From positions 1 through 47,503 of IMG/VR virus record IMGVR_UViG_3300032227_001499: a stretch of DNA of 47,503 nt; one strand, given 5' to 3'. This DNA comes from a virus (taxonomy: Duplodnaviria > Caudoviricetes). The translations under genes and the position numbers were made by a program. Under the pieces are notes generated by a model. That model made no database searches and was not told the DNA's origin. It saw only the letters and a program-made list of their open reading frames with translations. Below are positions 19,448 to 30,442 of this stretch, one piece after another. Position 1 is the first letter of the stretch; each line of letters opens with the position of its first letter.

Positions 19448-21091
19448 ATGAACATACCTTTAAACAATATTGTAAATAAATGTTCTGGTCCTATAGCTTT
19501 AACGCATCCATTAAATGCTGCTGTTAAAACTGGATATGTTTTAATGTCCATATACGATGGTAAAAGCCAAAAGATATTAACTATTGGGAACAGATCTTAC
19601 ATCAATATTCAAGAAGGAGATTCTGCTCAATCTGATAGACCTTTTATAAAGAATTTTAATTATAGTTTTCAAGACGGTTGTCAAGTAGAAATTACAGTTA
19701 TTGATGTTTCCGGTGGACAATTTCGTTCTTTTTATGAATCTGCTGTTTCTAAACCTTATTGTAATGGGTCAGAAACAAATTTAGTTGAAATAGATTTTGG
19801 ATGGATTTATACAGACTGTTATAACAATGTTTCTAAATTTACATTATCAGATGTTGGATCAACAACTTATATACTTGCTGGTGGAGAAAACGCTAATGTT
19901 CCACCTGTTGGTCAAAATAAAAAAAGAAATTCTTATTTGAAATGTATGATGAAAAAAATTGATGTTGAAATCGACCAAGGATTTTGGATTTATAAATTAA
20001 CATTAATAAATTTATCAGAAGGATCTGAAATGAATTCAGTAAACAAGACAAAAGATGATCAAAAAACAGGAACAGAAGATTATAGACAAAGAGCTATTGA
20101 TGCTTTTAATGGACAATTAAAAAATTGTAAAGTTAAAGTTCGTGGTGGAGATAATAATGGAAATAATAATAATTCAAATGATGCTGCAGGAATGTATAAG
20201 GTAGAACAAAAGACGCTTGCTGTTGGTCGGAATGGCAATTTAGTATTTAATTCAATAATGAAACAGGTATCTTTTAAAATATCTGATGGTGGGTGGCGTG
20301 GTCCTCCTAGTATTTATAATACAAATAATATGCATAATTATGATTCTATAAGAAATTATATGAATAGTTTTACAACAATTAATAATAAAGGAACTTTATT
20401 TGCTACAGATGGTAAGTCTAATAAAGCGTATTTGTATATAGTTGAAGATCCAAGAATGACTGAAGACGAAATTAAATCTGCTTGTAAAAACAATCAAATT
20501 CCTACATATGTAGTAAATGCAGGCGACGAAAGTCCTGTAATATCATTTAATCCTAAGCTTGAAATTATTCCAGTAGAAGCTATTGATACAGCATCTTCAA
20601 CTGTTGATAGTGGTCAAGGACAGTCAAAGCAAGAATTTGATGATAATATAAAAAGAGGCATAGAAACATTTTATGCTACTCCATCAGATAATTTTAATTT
20701 TAGAGCCCCTAGAACTATGAAACGCAAGGAGTTGTTTTCAGTTAAACAAAATTCTGCTGCAACTGATATTTTTGAAACAAGACATCCAATAGAAGCTGAT
20801 TTAGTAATTATTGGAGATCCAAGCTACTCTTCATTTGTAGCTGTTTTAGGAACTTATGTTCACATAGTATACTTAAATCCATATTCAATTGGATCTGATG
20901 GAGTAGCTTGCGAATGGGATAATTCATTTTTAGAATCAGATGGTTTAAGATCTTATTTAGTTGGCTCTAGGGTAAATAACTACCTTACAAGAAATGACTA
21001 CATGATTAAAGGATGTACTCACACCATAGATGAAAACGGAAACTATACAACAACAATTAGAGTAATTGGCACCGCAACAGTTAAAAAATAG
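19448..21091 (+). CDS. Baseplate hub (gp27/late control D-like)
   Basis: IDFGW near the N-terminus; IEADLVIIGDP and YMIKG.THTI...G.YTTTI C-terminus; synteny. Confidence 0.7.
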   Translation: MNIPLNNIVNKCSGPIALTHPLNAAVKTGYVLMSIYDGKSQKILTIGNRSYINIQEGDSAQSDRPFIKNFNYSFQDGCQVEITVIDVSGGQFRSFYESAVSKPYCNGSETNLVEIDFGWIYTDCYNNVSKFTLSDVGSTTYILAGGENANVPPVGQNKKRNSYLKCMMKKIDVEIDQGFWIYKLTLINLSEGSEMNSVNKTKDDQKTGTEDYRQRAIDAFNGQLKNCKVKVRGGDNNGNNNNSNDAAGMYKVEQKTLAVGRNGNLVFNSIMKQVSFKISDGGWRGPPSIYNTNNMHNYDSIRNYMNSFTTINNKGTLFATDGKSNKAYLYIVEDPRMTEDEIKSACKNNQIPTYVVNAGDESPVISFNPKLEIIPVEAIDTASSTVDSGQGQSKQEFDDNIKRGIETFYATPSDNFNFRAPRTMKRKELFSVKQNSAATDIFETRHPIEADLVIIGDPSYSSFVAVLGTYVHIVYLNPYSIGSDGVACEWDNSFLESDGLRSYLVGSRVNNYLTRNDYMIKGCTHTIDENGNYTTTIRVIGTATVKK

Positions 21092-21100
21092 GTATAAAAT

Positions 21101-23359
21101 ATGAATTTGTTAAAAATTAGTGCAGATGTTTTGAGTATGAAATCAAATATATCTAAAATAGGACATATATTAAAAGAACTTTGTAGTCACATAAATAATC
21201 AGAACAGTTATCAATATTATAAGCAAAATCAGACATTAGATTCTGTATACGCATGTCTTTGCGTAAGTACTGTAGATTATTACAAGCAGAATAGAATTAA
21301 GTTTTTCTCTCCTATTCTTCATTCTCCTAGTGTCAATTGGAAATCTTTGCCATATGCTTTTCCAATTTCACCTATGGGTGGATTTGATGATAGTGGTTTG
21401 ACATGGGTTCCTCCAGCAGGTTCAACTGTTTTAATAACATTCGAAGCTGGCAGCAGAAGAACACCATACTATATTGGAACCACATGGTCTAGAACAAGAT
21501 ATGAAACATCTGATAAAAATAGTACTAGTCCATTTAATTTTCCTGTACCTGAATACGATGAAATTTATAATGGAAAAAGAGATGGTTATTTACTTGGTCC
21601 GCAAAATTCTCAAGTTCTACCTCCTTGGAACACAGAAAACTATAATGGATATGATATAGATACACTTCTTGAAGTTGCATTAAATCCTAATGCACAAAAG
21701 AGAATTACTTATCCTAATATTTATGGATTTAAAACTCCTGACAAGCATATGCTTAAAATGGTTGATGGAGATCCAAAATGTAATAGAAGATGGAAGAGAA
21801 TGGAGTTGCTTAGTGGAAATGGTAACTGGATGATATTTAAAGACGACCTATTTCATTATGCTGGACAATGGACTCATCCAGATTGTAAGTCTGGCACCAA
21901 AGGCGATACAAGTTGTGTTAATAATGTTCCAAATCCTACAAGTAGTTTTTCTGAGTTAGTAGGACAGGTATTGGCTGGAAGTCCAATTGCTGCTTTAGAG
22001 ATTGCAATTACGGGGAATCTTTTAAACACTCCAATTTTGCCTTTTGAAAAAACACAAGTTCCAGAAAATGAGATTTATCCAAACCAAGATTTTCAGCAAT
22101 TTCAGCAATTTTGTGATTCATCAGAATCTAGCAATCCTTATGGTGGATATATATTACCGGCTAAAGATGCCAACCAAAAAGATTCTAAAAAAAATTCATA
22201 TGTTCCAGGAAACCAGACTACTGGTGAATCTCATAAAATTGGGACAAATCCATTTTTCAAAAATGCAAACGAATGTCGTCCATATAAAGGACCTGGAACG
22301 CCTCAAAATAATAGAGCAGATCTTCCACAAACTGGAATACAGTTATTGTCTATTTCTGGGCATACATTTGTTATGGATGATTCAGTTGAATTTCCACAAG
22401 GCACTACTGATTGGCATAGAAGTTTGGAATCTTTTGATTACGGATGCACAGATACATTCATGGGAAGATCTTATATAAAATCTTCAACTGGGCATTTAAT
22501 TGAACTAAATGATCTTGAGAAAATTTCAAGAACAAGAGGAGAGAAAAATGGAATTTTGTTAAAGAGTGCTTTAGGTAATAAAATACATCTTTGCGATGAT
22601 ACAAAAAACGAAGATGGTCTTGCAAATGAAAATACTGGCATTTATATGGAAAGCACTAGCAAGCATACTTTTTTTATGTGTGATAATGGAAATATAAATG
22701 TAAAAGAAAAAAGAAAAGAAAATAATAATAATGCTACTTTAGCAACTGATGCATATATCAGAATGAGAACTGGTTATGGTCTTGAATTTATGATGTTAGA
22801 TATTAATAGCCAACAAGCTACACAAAGCCAAGCAATACAAATATTATCTCCTCAATACGACAATCAAGAAAAGGGACCGCATTTCATGCAGTTCTTGGAA
22901 AGTCCACAAGGACCCGGACAAATACTTTTGAGAGCTGGTGGAAACTATATTGAATTTACAGTTGATGATTCTTATGAAGTTGTTGGATATAAACCCGATC
23001 CAAATGATAAGGAAAAAGCTATACCTACAGGAGGCAAAAAAGTAACTTTTTCTTCTGGTCCTAATTATTCTATAACTGAACAAGATAGTCATGTGCGTAT
23101 AAGCGAACAATTTGATTATAATTGGGCTAAAAAACAATCTTATGTTTTGGCTGGAGAAGATTATCCTATTTTAGATGATGAAGGTAATGACACTGGAAAG
23201 AAGGGACCGGGAGTATTTCCTGTTGTTGTCTTCGTTCCTACTGTAGATCCTAAAACAAAGAAAGTGAATGGGGGCTATTTAAGAATTAGCGATAGGGTTT
23301 TTTCTAGTGTTTCTTCTAAAGGTGGATTTGTAACTAAACGTAATTTATTAGGCGGTTAA
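21101..23359 (+). CDS. Baseplate central spike (gp5/VgrG-like OB-fold plus beta-helix repeats)
   Basis: RIKF...WVPPAGSTVLITFEAG....PYYIG OB-fold; repeats KTPDKHML, SISGHTFVMDD, SSTGHLIELND, SALGNKIHLCDD, STSKHTFFMCD. Confidence 0.85.
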   Translation: MNLLKISADVLSMKSNISKIGHILKELCSHINNQNSYQYYKQNQTLDSVYACLCVSTVDYYKQNRIKFFSPILHSPSVNWKSLPYAFPISPMGGFDDSGLTWVPPAGSTVLITFEAGSRRTPYYIGTTWSRTRYETSDKNSTSPFNFPVPEYDEIYNGKRDGYLLGPQNSQVLPPWNTENYNGYDIDTLLEVALNPNAQKRITYPNIYGFKTPDKHMLKMVDGDPKCNRRWKRMELLSGNGNWMIFKDDLFHYAGQWTHPDCKSGTKGDTSCVNNVPNPTSSFSELVGQVLAGSPIAALEIAITGNLLNTPILPFEKTQVPENEIYPNQDFQQFQQFCDSSESSNPYGGYILPAKDANQKDSKKNSYVPGNQTTGESHKIGTNPFFKNANECRPYKGPGTPQNNRADLPQTGIQLLSISGHTFVMDDSVEFPQGTTDWHRSLESFDYGCTDTFMGRSYIKSSTGHLIELNDLEKISRTRGEKNGILLKSALGNKIHLCDDTKNEDGLANENTGIYMESTSKHTFFMCDNGNINVKEKRKENNNNATLATDAYIRMRTGYGLEFMMLDINSQQATQSQAIQILSPQYDNQEKGPHFMQFLESPQGPGQILLRAGGNYIEFTVDDSYEVVGYKPDPNDKEKAIPTGGKKVTFSSGPNYSITEQDSHVRISEQFDYNWAKKQSYVLAGEDYPILDDEGNDTGKKGPGVFPVVVFVPTVDPKTKKVNGGYLRISDRVFSSVSSKGGFVTKRNLLGG

Positions 23360-23395
23360 GGTTTAAACCATTAAGCACTAATACTATATAAAAGT

Positions 23396-23854
23396 ATGGA
23401 ACTTTTAGCAGCACCTTATCCTATAACACCAAGTCCTTTAGGTTTTTTTAGATCTGTTGGGGCAGAATCAGGAATTAAAGGAGATTTAATCCAACTAATT
23501 CTTACAAATCCTGGAGAAAGAGTTATGATGCCAGAATATGGCACTCCTCTTCGTGAGTTAATGTTTGAACAAAATACAGATGCTTTGAAACAAATTGCTT
23601 CTGATATGATTTTGAAAAGTATATCTTTATGGGAGCCAAGAATTCTTGTAAATGAACTTGTTATTTCTACAGCAGCAGATAGAGAAGAAAATAAAAGTGA
23701 TTTTTTACCTTTTGATAGTCGTGAAAAAAAAGAATATCAATATGGAGCAAACGAATATGTTATGTTGATAAAATTAAAATTTAGTTTGTTTTCTAATTTA
23801 AAGAATATTGTATATTTAGTAATTGCGGTTCCGATAGGAGAATCTAATGTCTGA
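23396..23854 (+). CDS. Baseplate wedge gp25/GPW family
   Basis: LILTNPGERVMMPEYGTPL..LMFE...I..WEPRI. Confidence 0.95.
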   Translation: MELLAAPYPITPSPLGFFRSVGAESGIKGDLIQLILTNPGERVMMPEYGTPLRELMFEQNTDALKQIASDMILKSISLWEPRILVNELVISTAADREENKSDFLPFDSREKKEYQYGANEYVMLIKLKFSLFSNLKNIVYLVIAVPIGESNV

Positions 23855-25406
23855 AACCTGTCCTTTTGAGATAGATCCTTATAAAATAAGTAATGATCCT
23901 AACTTGCCATCAGCGGTAAATTTAAATTATACAAATCAAGATTTCTGGAGTATGAAATCGAGATTAATTAGTTTTTCGCAACAAAACTTTGCTGACAAAT
24001 TTAATGATTTTGTAGAATCCAGCATTGCAGTCATGTTGATTGAAAACTGGGCTTTTATAGCTGATACCTTGAGTTTTAAAATAGATCAGATAGCAAATGA
24101 AATATTTATAGACACAGTTACAGAATTAGCAAATGCTTTTAGACTGGCTCAGCTTGTTGGATATAAACCAACTCCACCAATTGCAAGTAAGTGTCTGTGG
24201 ACAGCCAGAATGAACACAACGCAAAATATCAATATTGAAATACAAACTCCTTTTGATGTTACGCTTGTAAATAATGATGCTCCTATTAATTATGAATTGT
24301 TTGCAGCAGATGATTTTAACAGACCAATATATGATCAGCCAATAATAATAAATGCCGGTAAATTAACAAATTCTAATGTAGTTGGATTAGAAGGTCAAAC
24401 TTACAATGATACATTTTTAGGAACAGGATTGATAAATCAATCTTATTTGCTTACAAATCTTCCTGTTTTGGATGATTCTATACGGATTGATGTAGATGGT
24501 GAAAGATGGAAAAAAGTAGAATTCTTTACTGATTCAACTCCAAGAAAAGAATATAGAGTAGAATATAATTCAAATTATTCATTGAGTGTTGTTTTTGGCA
24601 ACAACAGAGCTGGTCTTTCTCCTGCATTAAATTCAAATATTTCAGTAACATATAGAGTTGGCGGTGGACCTCAAGGTAATATTGTTAGTAATGCTGCATC
24701 TGTTGATACTTTAGTAAACATACCTGGTGAAACCGCTTCTGTTTCTGTAAATTTTTCCAACTATACAAAAGGTGAAAACGGTTCTCCAGGAGATACTGTT
24801 GATGAAATAAGAAGAAAACTTCCGATGTATCTTAAATCTCAAGAAAGAGCAGTTACTGGCGAAGATTATAAGAATTTAACTAATTTATTTGTTACTCCAT
24901 ACAATGGCTCTACAGGCAAAGCAAATGCAGTTTTAAGGCATAGCGGTTGTTCTGCAAATATTATTGATTTATATGTTCTGACTAGAGACGGAACAAACAA
25001 TCTTACTATTTCTTCTTCTCAATTTAAAGCAGAACTAAATGATTATATTTCTTCAAAAAAAATGATTACAGATAACATTTGTATAAAAGATGGAGTTGTT
25101 ATAGATGTAGAAGTTAAAATAAATGTAAATATAGATAGCTTTTATATTTCACAAGAAGACACTATTAGATCAAAAATATTGAGAAACTTAGATGTATTCT
25201 TTAATTTGCAGAATTGGGATTACGGCAAACCATTAAAAATAGTTGATATTATAAAATCTCTAAGTAATATTTCCGAACCAACAAGTTATGATATTTCATT
25301 ATACACTGTAAATTTCCCACAAGGTACGAACGTGATTAATGTAAATTATTATGAGATTGTTAGACCAAATGGCGCAATAGATATTTCATTTTCAAGAGTG
25401 TCCTAA
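23847..25406 (+). CDS. Baseplate wedge subunit (T4 gp6/baseplate J-like)
   Basis: YTNQDF...FNDF.ESS....LIE..AF..D.LSF..D...NE.FIDT; LVGYKP; FG...G..P; YRVGGG..GN; QERAVT.EDY. Confidence 0.9.
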   Translation: MSETCPFEIDPYKISNDPNLPSAVNLNYTNQDFWSMKSRLISFSQQNFADKFNDFVESSIAVMLIENWAFIADTLSFKIDQIANEIFIDTVTELANAFRLAQLVGYKPTPPIASKCLWTARMNTTQNINIEIQTPFDVTLVNNDAPINYELFAADDFNRPIYDQPIIINAGKLTNSNVVGLEGQTYNDTFLGTGLINQSYLLTNLPVLDDSIRIDVDGERWKKVEFFTDSTPRKEYRVEYNSNYSLSVVFGNNRAGLSPALNSNISVTYRVGGGPQGNIVSNAASVDTLVNIPGETASVSVNFSNYTKGENGSPGDTVDEIRRKLPMYLKSQERAVTGEDYKNLTNLFVTPYNGSTGKANAVLRHSGCSANIIDLYVLTRDGTNNLTISSSQFKAELNDYISSKKMITDNICIKDGVVIDVEVKINVNIDSFYISQEDTIRSKILRNLDVFFNLQNWDYGKPLKIVDIIKSLSNISEPTSYDISLYTVNFPQGTNVINVNYYEIVRPNGAIDISFSRVS

Positions 25407-25407
25407 A

Positions 25408-28400
25408 ATGTCAAAAATAAAAGATATTAATACAAAAACTGGTAAGATCATAAATGGAAAGGTAGTAAAGTATTACTATGACAATTCTAATGTTAATAAC
25501 ATTTTAGAATTCGATTTATACACGCCTGGAAGTGATGATTGTTTTAATGAGGATCCATTTAAGTTTGTAAATATAAAAATATATTTTATTGAAAGAGATA
25601 TAAATGGCATAAAGAATATAAAAAATGTTGTCGATAGTTTTGATATAAATTTAGAAAAAAAATATTTAGAAGCATATCAAACATGGTGTGAAACTCCAGA
25701 TACAGATCCATCAAAAGATGAATTATATGGAATTGCACAGATATACAAAGAAAAATTGGATTCAAGTATTTACCAAACTCAAGTTTTTTATAGTAAATCA
25801 ATATTAGTGTACTCTGAAGGAACAATTGACGAACCACTTTGGTCTCGTTCTGGGGATAATTCTCAATCTATTTTAAATAAGGTAATTGATGAAAATAGCA
25901 ATATAGAATACGGTCATTTTAAATTCTGGTGGAATCCAGATTCTTCAGTTCGAGAAGGAGATTATTATTTGTGTTTTACATGGCAACCAAACAATGGAAC
26001 TGACTTACTATCAAATTATAATCATTTTTATCTAACATCAGATATTTCGAATGTTGTTTCTAATCCAATAAATGTTGTACCACCACAAAAATATAATTCT
26101 TTAATTCAAGCCTATACTCCACAAATGTATTCTTTAAATTATGCTACTGTTGATAACAGTGTGGCAGTTATAGAAGCAATAAATAAAACTATAGCACAAG
26201 GATTTACAGTATTAGAGGATTTGGCTTTACAAATGCAAGACATCATGGATGCCAATGCAACTCAAGAGCCATTGTTAATTTATTTAGCAAATTTATTTAA
26301 TATAAGTTTAAGAAGCAAAGATCCTACTTTGTGGAGAAGGCAAATAAAAACCGCTTTGCCTAAAATGAAAAGAAAAGGAACCAAAGAAGCTTTGGTTCAA
26401 GCATTATTAGAGGCAGATATCAGGTTGCTTAATTTAGATCAATTATGGCTTACAGGTAGTGACTTTTTTTATGTTGAAAGTTTTGAATTTATTGGAGAAA
26501 CTAGTTTTGAACTTTCCAAAATATCATTGCCTATAAATACTACTTATTTTTCTGTTGAAACTAGAAATGCAGAAACAGATTATGAAATAAACACATTATC
26601 TTCTATTTCAATAACTACAGCTAATGGCAAAAGCATATTGAATTGGATTGGAACTCCTTTAGAATTAGGAGATCATGTAAAAATACAATATCAAATTAAA
26701 CCTTTTAGCACATCTAATGAGTCTTTAATATGGTTTGATTTCATACAAACACTGCCTCTTGCTGATAAAAGAGATGATAAATATTTTAGATATCCAAAAA
26801 AGGATTGGAATACAAGATTAATATCTGAATACGACCCAATGTTTAATATTATCATACCAACAAGAAATCCTTTTTATAATGATATTGCTTTTGGTAAAAT
26901 AAGAACTATTTTTCCATATTCTGAAAATGTTTACAACATGGATGAATATAACGGGTCATTAAGAGATAGTACAAATCCTTGTGACATAGATAAGAATTTT
27001 GTGGAGCCTTGTAGAGGAACAATAAGTTCTTATTTTGATTTAGATATGGAAATAAAAAACTTATCAGACTTTAGACTTTTGGAATGTATTGACATAGTTG
27101 ATGAATTTACTCCTTTTCATGCTATATTGAATAATATTAATTTTCAGAGCAATTTGGAAGATTTTATAATGCCACCAGAAGAAAGTTTAGAACTTTTTGT
27201 AAAGTTTACTGGTGTAGAATATATGATTTCCGGTAGTGCCCAAACTGATTTTTTTAGAGCTATGATAACTCCGGTTTTGAGAAATCAACTTGCAAACGAA
27301 TCTTCTTATAGTACTGGAACTACTACATTTTATAATAAGTATATTTATTTATTTTCTTCAGAAACAAATTTTACATCTTTAGGAATATCTGAAAATTTAT
27401 CTAAAACATGTTTAGAGATTCTTGCTCCAAGTGTTGTTCCGGCAGGTGTTTATCAAGTTTCAAATCCTCAGAATTGTTTATTAAGAATTGAGTCTACTAG
27501 TTTGCCGGAACCTATAAGCACCAGTAATTTTGGATATAGATTATCAAATATAACTTTAGCAGATACTGGATGGACTGTTTCTCAATATAATGATTATACA
27601 ATTCAAGATTCAACAGAAAACTTTTTAGCATTTGATATTAAAACAAATTGGGATGTAAACAATGGGTATGCTACCGCACCTTGGAAAATAAAACTCAATT
27701 CAACAGGAAATATTTATAATATAGATAATATTAATAATGGTAAAATTTATATTGAATACCAATCTTCTATTCCTACATCTGCGTCTACTAATGTTAGTTA
27801 TTCACTTTTAGATTCTTCAAATAATATTATTTTTAATTCATTAAATGGAATCTACAAAATAGATCTTGTTGGTTTGGTTACTGTAAATCCAGCATTAGGC
27901 ATAACAGATGTAAGACAATATTTTGGAAATAATTCATATTTTTGGAATGATGCAACTGGAACGCAATATAAATTTTTAGATTTTTATCCTTCTTCTACAA
28001 CTTCTTTTCTTATATCTGGATGGAATAGTGGTGCAGGAATAGTTTCTGGCAAAATACTTGATAGATTGCTTGACAATAAAACTGGTAGTTTAAGTTATTA
28101 TGGAATGAAAGTGCAAAAGCAAGCTTCTTTCCCAACTTTTGACGATCCAAATACGGCAATTATAGATAACCAAAATTTTAAAGAAAATTATTTGTTATAT
28201 GCAAATGGAACAACTTACTTTTTTGTTTCTGATTCGGTTGATGCAGATGGTTGTTATGAAATAGGTGGAAGTTTGTCTGATTATAAAACTTTTACGGCTT
28301 CTGGAACTAGTTTAAGTTATGAACTTAAACGATATACAAAGAATAATTATAATTTTTCTGGGGTTGAACTATATGATATAAGTAGAAGTGGTCAAGAAAT

Positions 28401-28578
28401 AATAAGCTACTTTTCAACCGCATTACCAACCCCTTTAGCTATGAATTTAAATCAATCTAATCAAACAAAAACCTCTGCAGCTTCTGGACCAGTTGAAAAT
28501 ATAGAACAAGGGGAAAGTATTTCTGTTACAATTACACATAAGGACGGCAAAACGGAAGAAGGTAAATTATATGAATAA
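25408..28578 (+). CDS. Large baseplate wedge protein (gp7/P2 gpI-like domain)
   Basis: D...T.E.LL.YLA..F...L......WRRQIK.A....KRKGT motif; PFHAIL; synteny after the gp6-like gene. Confidence 0.75.
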   Translation: MSKIKDINTKTGKIINGKVVKYYYDNSNVNNILEFDLYTPGSDDCFNEDPFKFVNIKIYFIERDINGIKNIKNVVDSFDINLEKKYLEAYQTWCETPDTDPSKDELYGIAQIYKEKLDSSIYQTQVFYSKSILVYSEGTIDEPLWSRSGDNSQSILNKVIDENSNIEYGHFKFWWNPDSSVREGDYYLCFTWQPNNGTDLLSNYNHFYLTSDISNVVSNPINVVPPQKYNSLIQAYTPQMYSLNYATVDNSVAVIEAINKTIAQGFTVLEDLALQMQDIMDANATQEPLLIYLANLFNISLRSKDPTLWRRQIKTALPKMKRKGTKEALVQALLEADIRLLNLDQLWLTGSDFFYVESFEFIGETSFELSKISLPINTTYFSVETRNAETDYEINTLSSISITTANGKSILNWIGTPLELGDHVKIQYQIKPFSTSNESLIWFDFIQTLPLADKRDDKYFRYPKKDWNTRLISEYDPMFNIIIPTRNPFYNDIAFGKIRTIFPYSENVYNMDEYNGSLRDSTNPCDIDKNFVEPCRGTISSYFDLDMEIKNLSDFRLLECIDIVDEFTPFHAILNNINFQSNLEDFIMPPEESLELFVKFTGVEYMISGSAQTDFFRAMITPVLRNQLANESSYSTGTTTFYNKYIYLFSSETNFTSLGISENLSKTCLEILAPSVVPAGVYQVSNPQNCLLRIESTSLPEPISTSNFGYRLSNITLADTGWTVSQYNDYTIQDSTENFLAFDIKTNWDVNNGYATAPWKIKLNSTGNIYNIDNINNGKIYIEYQSSIPTSASTNVSYSLLDSSNNIIFNSLNGIYKIDLVGLVTVNPALGITDVRQYFGNNSYFWNDATGTQYKFLDFYPSSTTSFLISGWNSGAGIVSGKILDRLLDNKTGSLSYYGMKVQKQASFPTFDDPNTAIIDNQNFKENYLLYANGTTYFFVSDSVDADGCYEIGGSLSDYKTFTASGTSLSYELKRYTKNNYNFSGVELYDISRSGQEIISYFSTALPTPLAMNLNQSNQTKTSAASGPVENIEQGESISVTITHKDGKTEEGKLYE

Positions 28579-29047
28579 TTTGAATGTTGTAGAATCAAAA
28601 GGTTTTATTGATATAAAAATAGAAAACCGAGATGGAGTATTAAAAGAATATACTGTAAAAAACACAGTATTAAGAACTGGCAGGTATGCCTTGGCTAAAA
28701 CAATAACAAATAATTTGCCTGACAATAAAAATATTTATGTTATAAGAATGTTATTTGGTTCATCTGGAACAAGTGGCGGACAACCAAAAATAGTTAATAC
28801 AAATAGAACATCTTTGTTTGGTCCAGTAATTTCTGAAAAGTCTGTTTTAGCTGGTATTGACACAAACAATCCTACACAAGCTATTTTTACATCTATTCTT
28901 GGATACAATGATGCCAATGGATTCGCTTTAAGCGAAATGGCTTTGGTGTTAAATGATGATTCTTTTTACTCTATGGCAACTTTTGGTGACTTAAACAAAA
29001 CGAACCAAGTGCAAATAACTTTTAACTGGAGAATCAATTACATTTAG
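28571..29047 (+). CDS. Baseplate/tail-fibre attachment protein
   Basis: KNTVLRTGR..LA...M.FG..G...ANG..LSEMAL......F....K......F.W.I pattern typical of peripheral baseplate proteins. Confidence 0.65.
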   Translation: MNNLNVVESKGFIDIKIENRDGVLKEYTVKNTVLRTGRYALAKTITNNLPDNKNIYVIRMLFGSSGTSGGQPKIVNTNRTSLFGPVISEKSVLAGIDTNNPTQAIFTSILGYNDANGFALSEMALVLNDDSFYSMATFGDLNKTNQVQITFNWRINYI

Positions 29048-29062
29048 CATAGATAGTATACT

Positions 29063-29923
29063 ATGCCAAATATAAATTCTATTACTATTCCAACGTATTT
29101 GCCTAACCAGCCATACTATTGGACTTATGATAATTTGCCAATAGATGCTATAAAACAGCGAGAAACAATAATAAACTCTGCTGTAGATAATAATACAGAT
29201 GTATTAAAAAATGCTGCTGGCGATGCTGGAACAGTTGGAACTAGAATTAATCAAAGTTTAGATTCAAACGGACATTTATTAGAAAATGCAATAAATCAAG
29301 CTAATCATAAAATTTCTAGTCATGCTGATGATTCAGCCACTGTAGATTCTACCACTTTGTCAGAATATCAGATTTTATTTCCAACATTAACAAACCCTGT
29401 TAGTTTTGTGAAAATGTTAGAAGTAGAAAGAAGTAAATTAAGTACCATATCTGAAGATGCAAATTTTTTACAATTAAATGTAGAAACTGCATCTAATATA
29501 GCCCAGCTAACAGATACACAAGTTTTATTCCAGTCGTCTGATACTATTTCTTGGAAACTAGTAGGCAGTCCAGGTATAGATGATCAAGTATATTTAAGTG
29601 CCCAATTAAAATCTAGCTTGTCTAATCCACATCAACATTATTATGAAATAACTCCTATAAATGCTTTAGTTGCCAGCACAAGTCCAGATTATAATAGGGT
29701 TTACACAACAGGGATGACTTTTTCGTCAAATTCTTTAAAAGTTTATATAAATGGAACAAGAATTTTTTCTAATGCAGTTATTTTTTATCCAACTCGAAGT
29801 TCTACTCCAGAATTTAACCAAAATTCTTTCACTGTAAATTCAAGCAACAATGGGTTTTCTCTATTGAATGCAATAACTTCTGACGATATCATCAGGGTAG
29901 ATTTCGATGTAGCCCTGGTGTAA
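29063..29923 (+). CDS. Putative virion structural protein
   Basis: In the tail module; N-terminal DNLP plus coiled coil; C-terminal SLKVYING...DIIRVDF beta-domain. Confidence 0.6.
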   Translation: MPNINSITIPTYLPNQPYYWTYDNLPIDAIKQRETIINSAVDNNTDVLKNAAGDAGTVGTRINQSLDSNGHLLENAINQANHKISSHADDSATVDSTTLSEYQILFPTLTNPVSFVKMLEVERSKLSTISEDANFLQLNVETASNIAQLTDTQVLFQSSDTISWKLVGSPGIDDQVYLSAQLKSSLSNPHQHYYEITPINALVASTSPDYNRVYTTGMTFSSNSLKVYINGTRIFSNAVIFYPTRSSTPEFNQNSFTVNSSNNGFSLLNAITSDDIIRVDFDVALV

Positions 29924-29924
29924 C

Positions 29925-30440
29925 ATGTTTGAACCAAAAGAAGTTGGAATAGAAGTCATAGTCATTTCCCCAGAAGGAAATGAAAATGACGAAACAATTA
30001 CGATTAACACGATGCAAAATTTAGTTAAAAAATATGATTTTTTTGTGATGTCTCCTAAAAATCAAGATAAAAAACAATATAAATACACCACATTTTTTGG
30101 AGAAAATTCCATAGCATCGCTTTGCAATGAAGGAATTAAAAGATGCAGACAAGATTGGGCGTATATTGTTTTTGCTGGTTCTAAAATTAGAAAATATGTA
30201 GATGCTAAACTTACAAAATACATCCAGAGTGAAAAAGATGTAATATTTCCAGTTGTAGACAGAAAATGGAATTTTATAAATGCTACCATAAATGGTTTGC
30301 TAATTAATAAACATTTTTATATTGATGTTGGCAATTTTAAAGATGTAAATGATTTTCAGATAACTAAATTAGAATGGGCAGACAAAGCACTCAATAAAGG
30401 TGCAAAGTTTAAAGCCATAGTTAATTCTGGAAATTTTTAA
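29925..30440 (+). CDS. Degenerate GT-A (GT2-like) fold protein
   Basis: VIVIS...ASLCNEGIK.C..DWAYIV..G...GLLINK..Y.DVGNF follows the GT2 pattern but lacks DxD. Confidence 0.45.
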   Translation: MFEPKEVGIEVIVISPEGNENDETITINTMQNLVKKYDFFVMSPKNQDKKQYKYTTFFGENSIASLCNEGIKRCRQDWAYIVFAGSKIRKYVDAKLTKYIQSEKDVIFPVVDRKWNFINATINGLLINKHFYIDVGNFKDVNDFQITKLEWADKALNKGAKFKAIVNSGNF

Positions 30441-30442
30441 TT

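Noticed and set aside
18529-29047. Bacterial eCIS/T6SS locus or eukaryotic giant virus instead of phage
   Set aside because: The gp2-like end protector, very long tape measure, homing endonuclease and lack of housekeeping genes point to a tailed phage; contractile baseplates are not NCLDV features.
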